Assembly (NCBI GenBank): GCA_028534125.1
Contig: CM052832.1
Location: 18,230,001 to 18,294,000 of the forward strand
Direction of reading: 5' to 3'
DNA from: Lama glama
Taxonomy: Eukaryota
DNA length: 64,000 nt
Shown: positions 13,179 through 25,400 of the stretch, piece after piece
Layout of the letters: the number at the start of each line of letters is the position of its first letter
How positions within the stretch are numbered: the stretch's first letter is position 1
Notes under the pieces: generated by a model
The model's input: the letters and a program-made list of their open reading frames with translations, nothing else
Told to the model about the DNA's origin: nothing
Database searches by the model: none
Position numbers and translations under genes: made by a program

Positions 13179-16100
13179 ACCACCCTCTGAGGTTCCCTGG
13201 CTGGGTATGAAAATTAAACTGACAAAGACAGGAGAAAAGCATATACGTTTTATTGAATTTCTGCATGTACATGAGAGCCCTCACAAGAGAGTAAAGACTC
13301 AAAGAAATGACCACAGCAGGAAGCTAGGAAGCTTTACTACATTTTAGGCGAAGAAACAATACATTTGGGAAAAATGGACAAGATGAAGGGGCTTGGATTA
13401 AGGGTAGTAAATGGTGAAGAAGTAACGAGGTTTGTTTATTCAGCCATCTCTCTGGTGATAAGGAGGTCTCCCTGCCGCCCGATACAGGAAGGGTACATTA
13501 CATATGGGATATTTATTTCCTACTTTCAGGGAAAACAGGTGAGAGGGGGGAGGTCGCAGTGACCTTCCTCCTTCTGTAGTTTTCTCAAATTCCTTCATCT
13601 TGAGATATTCAATATGCCAAGGTGCCATGTTTGGATTGGTGCCCAACACCAGCTTCTAGAGGCTGCTCATTTCTCCAACTTCAAGTCCAGTAGCATAGCA
13701 TCTTCCAATCTTTCTATCTCTAACCTCTGCTTCTGTTGTTGTGTCTCCTCTGACTCTAACCCTCCTGCTTTTCATTTATAAAGCCCCCTATGGTTTCACT
13801 GGGTCTACCTAGATAATCCAGGATGCCGTGTCCAGCTCAGCATCCTTAGCTTGATCACACCCACAAAGTCCTTTTTGCCATGTAATGTACCACAGTCATA
13901 AGTGTAATGGCTTAGGATATTGACTTTTTAGGGGGATTACTAGCCTGTCTGCCACAGATGCCAAAATTCATGGCTGAAAATTTGAGGAGTAACAGGATAT
14001 TTACATAACCTCAAATATCCACCCCCCCCCACAAAAAATATACTAATTGCAAAGGGTAAAACAGTAACTTTATGGTGGAGAACTTGTGGCAGACACCAAC
14101 TTAACCAAGTGACCTAAGTTATAACAGCCAATAGTGGGGCTAATTAACAGAATGTATCTCTTTATATAAGATCCTGAGAAGAACATCGTTTCTGAGTAAT
14201 TCCTGCCCCAAACAATCTGAATGAAATCATGAAGAAACATCAGACAGCCCCAAACTGAGGAACATTCAACAAAATAAGTGGCCAGTACTCTTCAAAAATG
14301 GTAATGTGAAATATAAAGAAAGACTTAAGATTTCTTTATTTTAGTTCTGACTAAAGAGAAAGGAAAACTGAAAGCAATGCATGACCTTGGGTATTCTCTT
14401 AATATAAAGGGTATTATTGGAACAATTCACAAAATCTGAATAAGGTATATAGCTTAGATAGTCATATAATTACATATTCTCAAATCTGTCCAATTCACTC
14501 CACCTCCATTAACATTACCATAAGTCCAAACCTGGACTCTTGCCTGAACTACCGAAATAGTTTCCTAAGTGATCTTCCTTCTACTCTTGCCCTGAAGGAT
14601 TCATTCTCTGTAGAGCATTCAGAGTAATGTTTTAAAAGGAGATCATTATGTTACTTCCTTGTTTAAAATCATACAACGGCTTCCCATTCTACTTAGAAAA
14701 AAACACAAGCATCCACCCTGATTCAGCTCTCCCTATTTCTCTGGCCTGCCCACTCTTTCTCCTACCATCCTTTGGCTGCTCTGACCTTTTTGTTCTGGTA
14801 CTATCCCAAACCCACTTGCGCCCTAGTTCTTTGCCCTTGATGTTCTTTCTCAAACTGTGTAGTAAGAGGTCTGGTTTTTGTCCAGGCTCCTGGAAAATCA
14901 CCTAAACTCTTGGAGTTTCCTGAGTGTTAAGAGTGTTATTCTCAGTGGACTGCATCTGAAAGTTTATTCTAAGGAAAGGACACATGGTGAGTCACCAAGC
15001 CAGAAAGTCCAATCATATGAATAAGGGGTTGGGTCTTTGAGCTCTGTGATGTCAGCTTGACTCAGGAAGAGAGGGGCTGGAGACTGAGTTCAATCACTTG
15101 ATGGTCAGTAATTCACTCAACCAAGCCTCCATAGTGAAGCCTCAATAGCAAGTATGGACATCAAAGCTTGGATGTGTTTCCTAGGTTGGCACTACTCCAA
15201 GCATCCCACCCATCCTATTCACTGTTAGTGTCCTCAGTGCCTAGCACATTGCTTGGCTCATGACCAACAGTCAATGATTGTTGGGTGGATGTAAGAAGAA
15301 GCTGCAGGTGTCTTGATTCATACTGACAAGAGACTGCTCAGATATAAATGTTAGCTTATTTACTGGCAATTGTACATGCACCTTATCTGTGTTAGATTAC
15401 TTATGCCTCTATCTGGATACTAGAGTCCTCTAAGTTTACTTAGTAACTGTAATTGGAAGGTCTGGGATAATTATACATGTACCTTGTGCCTTATAGTATA
15501 AAAGGGTTGGTTTGTGGCCAAGCATGGTGGGGGCTGGGAAGAAAATGAAAGGATCCTGTGAACTGGCCTCGCAGGAATGTGCATGACTGTTCCCTGTCAG
15601 GCCTGTGCCACTGGTTATGTGATTAAAGCAAGCTCTTCCTGCGTCCAGGGATATGTAAGTTTTACTTTCCCTCAAGTTGGGAAAACTTCTAATTATGGTA
15701 GGATGTGCCAAGAAGTCCTAACTTCCAATCTCCCCACCCCCATCTCTCTCCTTGGCCCAGCCTAGTCTTTCCCACACAGGGATCAAAAGGCACGATTAAC
15801 CATCAAGGAAACTATTGCCTAATAACCACTGGTGGTAATTCCCAACCCATTTGACGTAAAAGATGAACCAAGTGTCTCTCTCTTTAACCCAGGGTGCCAA
15901 AAAATTTGAAAAACCTTCCACTAGAAGGTCTTGATGCAGAATTTTCCCCCACCTCCTCTTGGGGTTGATCTAAGCCACAGTCAAAAGCCAAGAGAGCAGA
16001 TGGGATCACAGACACTGTGGCCCTCAGCTACTGAGGGGGCTGGGATCGCTACACTAGGCCTGAGCAGTGACACCAAAAAGGCGAAGAGTCCCAGGGGGCA

Positions 16101-16991
16101 TTCCCCTTTTCTCCATACTCTACTCCTCCTCACTCCCAGCCCCCAAACCCAGGAAAAGGGAAATTCTAGAAAACTAAATTCCCCATGCTGTTGAGAATGA
16201 ATAATCCTTCTGGGAAGAGGAAATGAAAAAATAACACTTGGGCGACTCCAGTCATTTGAACTTTGGTTTCTAGTAAGACTCTGCTCCTGTTTGATTCTCA
16301 GCACTTGGCTATGAGGCCCCAGATGGTCTGCTTTCTACTTTAGCTTCCTGCCCGTCCCATTCTCAGTCTTTGCTCTGACTGTAGGGCTTTATGTTCCTTT
16401 AACGAGTTAGTCTATTTCTGCTCTGGGGCTTGTGTGCACAATGTTCCCGCTTTTTGGCACCTATTCCACCAGCTTCCATGAGGCTGGTTCTTTCTTAGTC
16501 CTCAAGTCTCAGAAAAACTGTCACTTCCTTCAGAAAGCCCTCCCTAATTTTGCCATCTAAAGGAGCCTGCCTAAGTCCCCACCCATTCGTCTCCATAACA
16601 TCACCCTGTTTATTACATGGTCGGCACATTAAAGGTGATAAGTTTGTGGAGAGTGAATGAATAAGAAAAGATATGAATAAAAGACAGAAGAAAGTAGAGC
16701 CAGGTTTTATACTATTTTTTACAATGACTAGTAGAGCTTTAGGTTCATGCTTAGTTTCAATAAATACTTAAAATATTTGAATTTATGTTTAGAAGACACC
16801 TTAAAGATGAGGCATGATTTATCAAAAAACAGTATGAATGAAAACTATTCAAACAAAAAAAGTATCACTTTAACTTGCTAGACCTCATTATTTCACTGTG
16901 AAATGGGGATAAATCTACTTGCTATAAAAAAGCAAGGATACTGCATAAGTGAAAGTGTTTTGTAAACTCTAATGAAAAAATATCAGGGCCA

Positions 16992-17160
16992 GGGGAGGGT
17001 ATATAGCTCAGTGGTAGAGTATGTGCTTAGCATGCATGAGGTCCTGGGGTCAATCCCCAGTATCTCCATTAAAAAAAAAAAAATCCAACATATCTGAAAA
17101 AAGAAAAATAAATAAATAAATAAGTAAACCTAATTACCCCCAAAACAAAACCAAAATACC
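16992..17160 (+). mobile_element. tRNA-derived SINE (Vic-1-like)
   Basis: GGGGAGGGTATATAGCTCAGTGGTAGAG...GGTCAATCCCCAGTATCTCC plus A-rich tail. Confidence 0.85.
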
Positions 17161-18842
17161 GTAAAGAACAATAAGAAAAAACTGAAAAACAAGCAAATGA
17201 CAAAAGATATGTAAATGCACTCAGAGCCTCCTTTTACGGCATTCTGAAACACTGAAAAGCTGCAACTTGCTTAAGATTAATGTAGGCAGTTATTAGTAGC
17301 GCTTGCTTCTGACTTGCAGTCTGGGGTTTTTAGTTAAAGTTGTTCCAAAAATAAAAACAACACGTGCACATACACATTAATAACCCAGTCTTCCATCTCA
17401 ACAAATCACCTATTTCAATGTTCCTAATTTTTTCCAGAACGTGTCCATTGGTAACTGCAGGAATACAACTTTGTGCTTCTTAAATACCTTTGTTATTTTG
17501 CAGCCAACTTTTACAGTTGGGTGGCTGTATTATGTAAAGTCAAAAATACTACCATTTAAGCTATCATTTTAGATACCTGACTCAATTCCGGGATCCTCTA
17601 TCCTGGTTCTCAAAACATGTTTTGCAGCTTTCTCAGGATGGAGGTCCCTATTACACTTTCAAGGAGTCTGCAAAGCTCATACTATTCCAGAATAATAACA
17701 CTAAGACATTATTTGTCATTTTTGCTCTCCTTCTCTTACTAGTGTACAGTGAAGTTATCTAGAGACTACATGACCTATGATACCCCAACACTGATTCAGA
17801 GGCAGATGTGGGGATCTAGCCGCCTTCTAGAAGCCAGGCATTAGATTCGCAAAAACGTTAAAGAATACCACACTTCTCAATAAACTTTATTTTGCATCGG
17901 AAACAGCAGTTTTTATTTTCATAAAACATGTTTTTATATTAACTTATAATTGGCTTTTTACCATATTAATATAAATAAATACATTAAAAATTTTTCTCAG
18001 CTTCAATTTCTAATGATACAACTATTGATAGATATAACCCAAATGAGCAAAAGCTCTTTAGGGTCCTCAATCATTTTTAAATGTCTAAAGGCATCCTGAG
18101 GCCAAAAAGCTGGAAAGCACTGCTCTCCCCACTGAACCTGAACCTTGAGATCCACTTGGTTCGATGGTGACCTGCTCAGCTGGGACCTTACACCTTAGCC
18201 CATGCTCAATAACTAACTACTGACTCCTTGTTTATTGTAGGGACACCTGAGCCAGACCAGGTCCAGATGTGCCCTTGTCCTTCATTCCTCCCATCCCAGT
18301 CTAGGCCTGGGGAGCTTTACTGTGGGATCTGGAAATCTTGATGGTGGGTTGGAAGTGGATCATCACCTCCTGGGACCCCTTTGCTGTAATGATGGGGCTT
18401 AAATACATCCATAGCCTTGGCCCACCTCTCTGGTCTCACTTCCTCTATCTCTGAACTCCATTTGTGGTCTCCCCCTCCCTTCTTATATCCTAGTGCATCC
18501 TCTTGCCCTTGCCCCAAATCCTAGTCTCTGATGTCAACTCCAGTATCAGGCTGAAAGCTTCGCTCTGATGTTAAAGCAGCCGGTTTTCTGCCTGTCACTT
18601 TCTCACACTTTCTTCTTGGTTGGAAGCCATGTGGCACCACTAGTGTCCGAGACTGGCCCCTGCCCCATGGTTACATGCAAATGAACAAAAGCAACAGCCT
18701 AATGAGGGAGAGATGGGGCTGGGACTTGAAGGGTGTCAGGGGACCTCTGGAGGAAATTCTCTTCTGTGACCGGAGGAAGGAGAGTGGTTTTCCTCCCCGG
18801 GGGTGGTGCTGTGCTGTGGTAGTAGAGGTGGCTTGGGCTTCT

Positions 18843-19465
18843 CTACTTGGCTCTGAGACCAGGGAACTGGTCCTGGAGGCTGTGGTGGGTCTCTGCCCTG
18901 TGAAGGACCAAGCCGCCCTCGGGCACCGTGACCCCCTGGGCCCCTATAAATGCTGGACAGATAAAGAGGGGGCTGTCATCAGACCCCAGCCTGAAGAAGG
19001 GCCTCAGGGGCCCAGAGAAGGGTGAACGGGGACATGTGTAGATGTGAGATCTGTCCCTCATGTTATAGAAGGACACATCTCCAGATTCGTAGTCCAGGAA
19101 GATGCCCACTCGGTGAAGGCGCTCTTTCAGGGGGAGAATCTTCTCAGGGGAGGACAGGGCCCGGTACTGGTTCCCAAACATCTCCAGGGTCCAGAAGCCA
19201 TTCTGGGGAACCAGCAGGGCCTCCCCTTTCCTTTCAACACTGTCTCTACAAACCCCCACAGCCCACACCATCACGTTTTCAACCTCCACCTCCCAGTAAT
19301 GCCTCCCTGAGGAGAAGCTCTCTAGGCCCAGGACACAAGGCTGACAATCAAATCTCTCTGGGTTGTCAGGTATGCTCTGCCTGGAGGGGCCCCGTCTCAC
19401 ACTTCTCCGGTCCTCCGACAGGAAGAGTTCGGGATGAGCAGTGTCTGGATCCAGGACCACATCAG
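18843..19465 (-). CDS. BTN2A2: BTN2 B30.2 (PRY-SPRY) terminal exon
   Basis: [23 protein letters not shown]...[12 protein letters not shown]...LDYE...[16 protein letters not shown] at 18843-18845. Confidence 0.97.
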
Positions 19466-22400
19466 CTGCAGAGGAAGTTGCAGGTTTAGGTCTGTGATCT
19501 CAAGAGATGGTGAGCTTTCTGGTCCCCAGAGATATCCCCCAAAGCTGGTGGGAGCTCCCCTAGGTAACAGTCTTTTCCATGAAGGCCTTTGATCTCAGAT
19601 CCCAGGCAGCTTGTAGACAGAATGACTGAGGCTGCACTTCCACGTCTTGAGTGGAAGGAACATTGCCTCAAGGAGAGGGTAACTGGGGCTCTAAGAAATA
19701 TTGAAAGTTTAGCAAATGAGCTGATATTAATGACTCCCACTTTCTCTCAACATGCTCAGATCTGTCCCCTTCTCTATTCAAGATACATGATCTCTGGGAC
19801 TCTAGTTAGAAACTTCCCCATTTGGATTAAACCAGCAAAGAGGCCCTATCCTGTCCCCCTCTCCCAATTAAGCCATTAAGGCCAATTCCTCCCTACAAAG
19901 ATAAAGGCAATAAAGGGCCCTTTACTGGTCCTCTGTGTTCTACTAGTTTAACCAGGTGACAACTGATTCAAATGACTAACAAGGGCCCCCTTTCAAAGGG
20001 TTAGACAGAAGGATAATGTCCCCCAAAGTAACCTGCTACCTGAGAGGTGTGTATGGTAAAAGGCAGGGGGAACTATAAACACCCAGTTTTGCTTTCCTAA
20101 CATGGGTCTGAGGTCTACAGCTACGCTTCAGACCCCTGTCATTCTGCAGACCTCTCCCATCTGCGCTTACCATCACTTAGTCAGTCTACATCCGACACAA
20201 AATCATTGTGTTAAAATGATTTGCTTCTTTCTCCAAGTTGACATGTCTGATTGTGATAAGTTTGAAATTCAAAAGAGGGAAGAGGAGAGGTTTAAGTGCC
20301 GTGGAATCTAGCAAAGCCTGGATTCTTTGATGCTATTCCATTAAAGGTGACAAATCATAAGATGCACAGTGCTCGTTAGGATTGGGCAATCGGACACTGC
20401 TCTTCCCACTTGTCCAGATCCCCTCCCCTGACAGGCTCTGCATGGAGTCTCAGTGTTCTCGTGGATCAGGAATGCATTTCTGGTACCTATTTGTACTCCC
20501 CTGAGACAGGCCTGGGAAGTTTACTGCCTTTGCCACACAGGGCTCTCCCATTGTGAGTCTACACCATCTTCCAGGTTATAAATAGCTAACCCGGTATTGT
20601 CTTCTTTCAAATTAATCCAGGCTCCAATGAGCAACAACTACCAAAATGTAACCTTTTGGGAGGTTCACTCTGTGTGGTAGACCTTTGGTAATCACAGATG
20701 AAATTATTCTAAAAAAGAAAGGATGGTGGGAAATTAGTGATAGAGTTGGTTAAAAGCTGCTGGGACTCCCTGACAGCAGGGGTAGGATACGGTATTTGGT
20801 GGGATACTGCTTGTGAACTGATCCCAGGCCCCTGCTCCCCCTAGAAAGCCTTGGGCCCCCTTGTTCATCTCCTCCAATGTGTCCTGCTGAGGGGCTAGTG
20901 GGGAGAAAGCTCGGGGTCTGGGGGAAGGTCAGAGGCGCTCACCCGCATGTAAGAGGGTTCTTCTCCATCCTGCAACGGGATAGGCAGAGAGGTGTGATTA
21001 TCGTGAGATAACAGCTAACCCAGCAGAATACAAATCATGCATGGAGTAGTTCAGGAAATGCTAAACTTACGCAATTCTTCTTGAAGTTGCTCTGAAAAAG
21101 AAACAGAAACAAATGAACGTCCTCAGTAGAAGAACTAAGAGAATTTGAGTTTGTCTTAAACGATGAAAGGCTGGCCTTTTCAGGGAACCCCACCAGCCCC
21201 CTCCCCTGCTGCCTAGGAAACTGTCGAGATACCAGAAATAATGTCCGATCAGGGGACTGGATGTTATAAGTACTTTATAAATGTTAGCCACTATATATAA
21301 AAATAGATTTTTAAAAAAGTGGTAGATTGTTGAACGAAAGCAAACCTAAAATTTCTTCTGTATAGCACAGGGAACTATGTTCAATATCTTGTAATAATCT
21401 TTAATGAAAAAGAATATGAAAACGAATATATGTATATATATGCATGATTGGGACATTGTGCTGTACACCAGAAATCGACACTTTGTAACTGACTGTACTT
21501 CAATAAAAAATTGAATTAAATTAAAATAATAAAACATTGCATTATAGCCATAAAAAAATCTACTGCTATAGGTAACAGGTGAACGGATGCAATATTTGCA
21601 GAATGGAAGAAAGCGGGGTCTGTGGGATTATTACTAGGACTGGGATTTATTTCTAGTTCCATAAGCCCTTGCTGCTGCCTTTATTCATGTCCTCTCTCTC
21701 TTTCCCAGGCTTCTAGCTGCCCAAGCTGTGTCCTTTGCATGCCGGTGGGTGAACTGTCCTCCTACTCTTTTACCTTTTATTTGACGTTCTTTCTCTTTTT
21801 CCACACGTTCTTTCCCTAGTTCCTTACGTGCAGCTTCTTTCTCTTCATTTTGAACCCTTTTTTGCACAGACAGGAACTTTTTTTCCCGCTTGAGTTTCCT
21901 GATGAGACAGATGCTCCCAGTGATGAGGAGAAGCAGAAAAGGCAGGATGACAACCAGGCCCACCATCCAGGGAGATGTGCTGGGAATAAAGGATTCTGAA
22001 AGGGAGTTAAAAAAAAATTCCCACTTAGTGAGAAAAGGGAGCCCCAGGATGAAAGCCTCTCAGGTCCCTGGTCTGGCAGCTTCTCTCTCAGAAATCCCAG
22101 CTAGATACAGAGACTTTGGCTCTGCACTGGCTCACCTGACAACGACTGCAGGGGCTGGGGGCCCAGCAGACAAAAAAAGCAGAAACACCTGGAGTCGCCC
22201 TGAAGCTGCGTTGAAGCAGCACAGCCACCATGTGGTATGAGCCGCCATCCCTCCTTGCCTGGCATATCGCAGTGCCCTGCTCCCTGTTTCTGCCCAGCCT
22301 CTCTGCAGTCTGTCCTCAATACAGCAGCCTAAATGAATGGGATCATGTTATTTCTTGGCTCAAAACCCTACAAAGTTTCCTTTCTCACTCAGAGGAAAAG

Positions 22401-25400
22401 CCAAAGTCCATTTACGGCCTACATGGCTTCAATCTGGACCCACTGCCTCTCTGAATTCATTTCCTCCAACCCTCCCTGTACTCAAGCCACTCCAGCCACA
22501 CCTGCTTCTTGGGAGTCCTTGAGACTGCCAGATAGGCTCCTGCCTCAGCCTTTTGCATACGCTATTCTTGCTACCTCCCTTGCTCAGTCCTCAAACATCT
22601 GCAAGGCTCACTCCTCACTTCCCCAACTGCCATCTTTCTGTGAAGCCTTCCCTGGCCATCCTATTTACAATTACGACTACCCTAGGCACCTAACCCTCCC
22701 TATCCCACACCTCCTCGCCTCTGTTAATTTTTTTCTGCAGTACTTATCTCCGTCTGACATAATCCACAGTTTAATGAATTATTTCGCTCCTTGTTTTAAC
22801 TAATGATCATTTCATTGATTGCCTTTGGCCATTCTGGAATGGGAGCCCCATGAGGGAAGGGACCTTCATGTTATTTTGTTCACTGATTTATCTTCGGTTT
22901 CTAGAACAGTGCTTTGAACATACGAGCTGCTTGTTAAGTATTTGTTTAATGACTTTATGAATATCTATAGACAGAGAATCTCCCTCACTGTATCTCTTGG
23001 ACAATCTCATGGGCAGGAAGGGACACCACCGGGTGCAAGTAGCCACCCATCCCTATCATTCTCCATCATTTTATGATTGTTCTAAATATTTGAAAATTGC
23101 TGCAGGATGAAGACTATAACAGAATAAAAACGATCAGATTTACCCTCACAGAAGAGGCCTCCTACTCAGGTGTTTTGAGACGATTTGATTTTTCCCTCGT
23201 GACAGGGGCAGGGGCCTCAGCTCAGCTGCAGCCTCCAGCTCTCCAGGACCCTGGACCCTTCTGCCCCACGCCCATACCTCCCCCTCCCCATGCTAGGCTC
23301 CAATCTGCTGAGGATCCTGCCATCATGAACTGGGCTTCCAGGGAGCAGGGAACTAACCTGGGATGAAAATCACAGTTTCCTTCTCCTGGTTGAGCAGGGT
23401 GTTGTTGATGGAGCAGTACACGTTTCTCACAGAGTGGTCTCTGATAATCACAGCCATGGTGACCCTGAAGAGTCCATCTGCGTTCACAGTGTAAGCCTCC
23501 TCCAGGGCCGGCATGATCTCACCAGAAGGTTCCCTCCACACCGCGCGGGGCTCTGGGTACCACCCTACAGATGTGCACTCCAGCCGGATGCCTCCATCCT
23601 CATGGCCCTTCATTTCAATAAGGGGCTTAGAGCCCAGGCCTGGGGAGAGAGACCAGGGCTCAGCTAAAAAGGTAATGGTGTCTTAGGTCAAGTGTCTTAG
23701 AAGATCAGCTCTTAGTGATGAGAGCCAGTGGGAGAGGGGAGATAGCAGGAGGCCGGTGTCCAGATGGTACATTTTCCATGCACTCCCTTCTGTGAAGGGA
23801 GAAAGGAAGGAAGAAAACAGTAAGGAGGAAAGAAAGGAAGAAAACCTTGACTTTGGAGAACACTAGGAGACCATTATGTCCCCAAACTGTAAGATTTCTA
23901 AGGGGAGAAAGGATTAAATTGCACTTTTCTTTGTGTTCCACCTACAGACCCCATCACAGGAGCATCTATCTGCCTCCTAATAAATGTTTGTTGATTGATT
24001 CATTCAGCTAGAGATGTTAATTTTCCCATTCTTGGTATGTCCAGAAACAAGCAGGTTTAGAAGCCCTGGGAGGACTTCTCAGTAACCTTGGCTTCCTGAA
24101 GTTCTAGGCTAATACAGTAAGGACAGAAATCTGCCAAGTTGGCAGGATCTTAAATTTTTTGACCTTGAGACACTTTCCCTCCTCCCCTGGTTTGGGGCTT
24201 CACATTGCCACAGCAATCTGATACTCATAAGGAGCTGCTGGTTTTTAGGAGAATGGACAGAGCTAGTGTGCAAAGCCAACCTCCACCCCAATTCAGAGAT
24301 GTTTACCTTCCAGGGGCTCAGTCAATTAGGTAATTTTCTTCTAGTCTCTTAACAATATCCACCTATTAGATCTCGATGCTCCTGTGATCCTTAAAGTAAC
24401 ACTATCACCTCCTTAATGTCAGCAGAACATCATTAAAAGTTCCAAGAATCCAGATTCTTCCTAATTTATTTTATCCTTCAAAGAATCCTCAGTAAAAGAG
24501 AATACTTGATGTCTGAGAGCTACAAATGCCTGGTCCTAGGAGACTTCTGCCCCCTTAGCCAGGGATTTAAGTAATCCCTTTGTTGAGCTTAGCCAATAAA
24601 TTCTATCAAAGATAAAATTAAAGCAGTTACTTAAGTCTTACTGCTTCCTGCTCAATTTGATCTTTCCAGGATTAAAAAAAAAAAAAAACTAGTTGCATAG
24701 TGAAAGGCCCACGCTGAAACTTTGAACTAGGATAAGATGAAAGAACTCAGCAAGTTGGAAAGAAATTCTACAAAACGTGTTGAGGGGGTTTGATAAAGGC
24801 AAGCATGAAACAATAGATTGAAGGACAAAACCAGCCAGCCAATTAACCACATCAAAACACACTAAACACACAATTGTACAACAACTCAATTCAGAGTGTG
24901 GCAGGCCAGGCCAGGGTCACGGTTACAGGGGAAGAATGGAAAATACATGCCACACACAAGCCCATGCTGGTCAGCTCTGCAGTGTGGCTGTGAACAGAGT
25001 CAGGACACAGGGTGGAGAAACCCTACTTCCATATTTTGTATTAATCAAAGTTGCCCTTCTGCGTAAAGATGGGGTCTCCTACCAGTTATATTCGAGATGC
25101 ACTGGGAAGGTTGCGCTGTCCTCAAAACTCACTTTCACTGGTCTGATGGACTGAAGTGCCATTGATTTTTGTGTGTCTTAAAGGCTTTTCCAGTCTTCAA
25201 ACATGTCTTTTAAAGTATAGTATGGGAGGGTAAATAGCTCAGTGGTAGGGCACATGCTTAGCAAGCACGAGGTCCTGGGTTCAATCCCCAGTACCTCCAT
25301 TAAAAAAAAAGATAAAGTATATTACATTGATACTGGAAGTGAGGTCATACTTTAAAGCCAGTAAACTCCCAGAAACCTCAGTTTAAATGCCACTTCTATT

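Noticed and set aside
16992..17070. tRNA-like sequences with A/B boxes (also 25224, 26461, 39733)
   Set aside because: Poly(A) tails, TSDs and broken cloverleaves show they are SINEs, not tRNA genes
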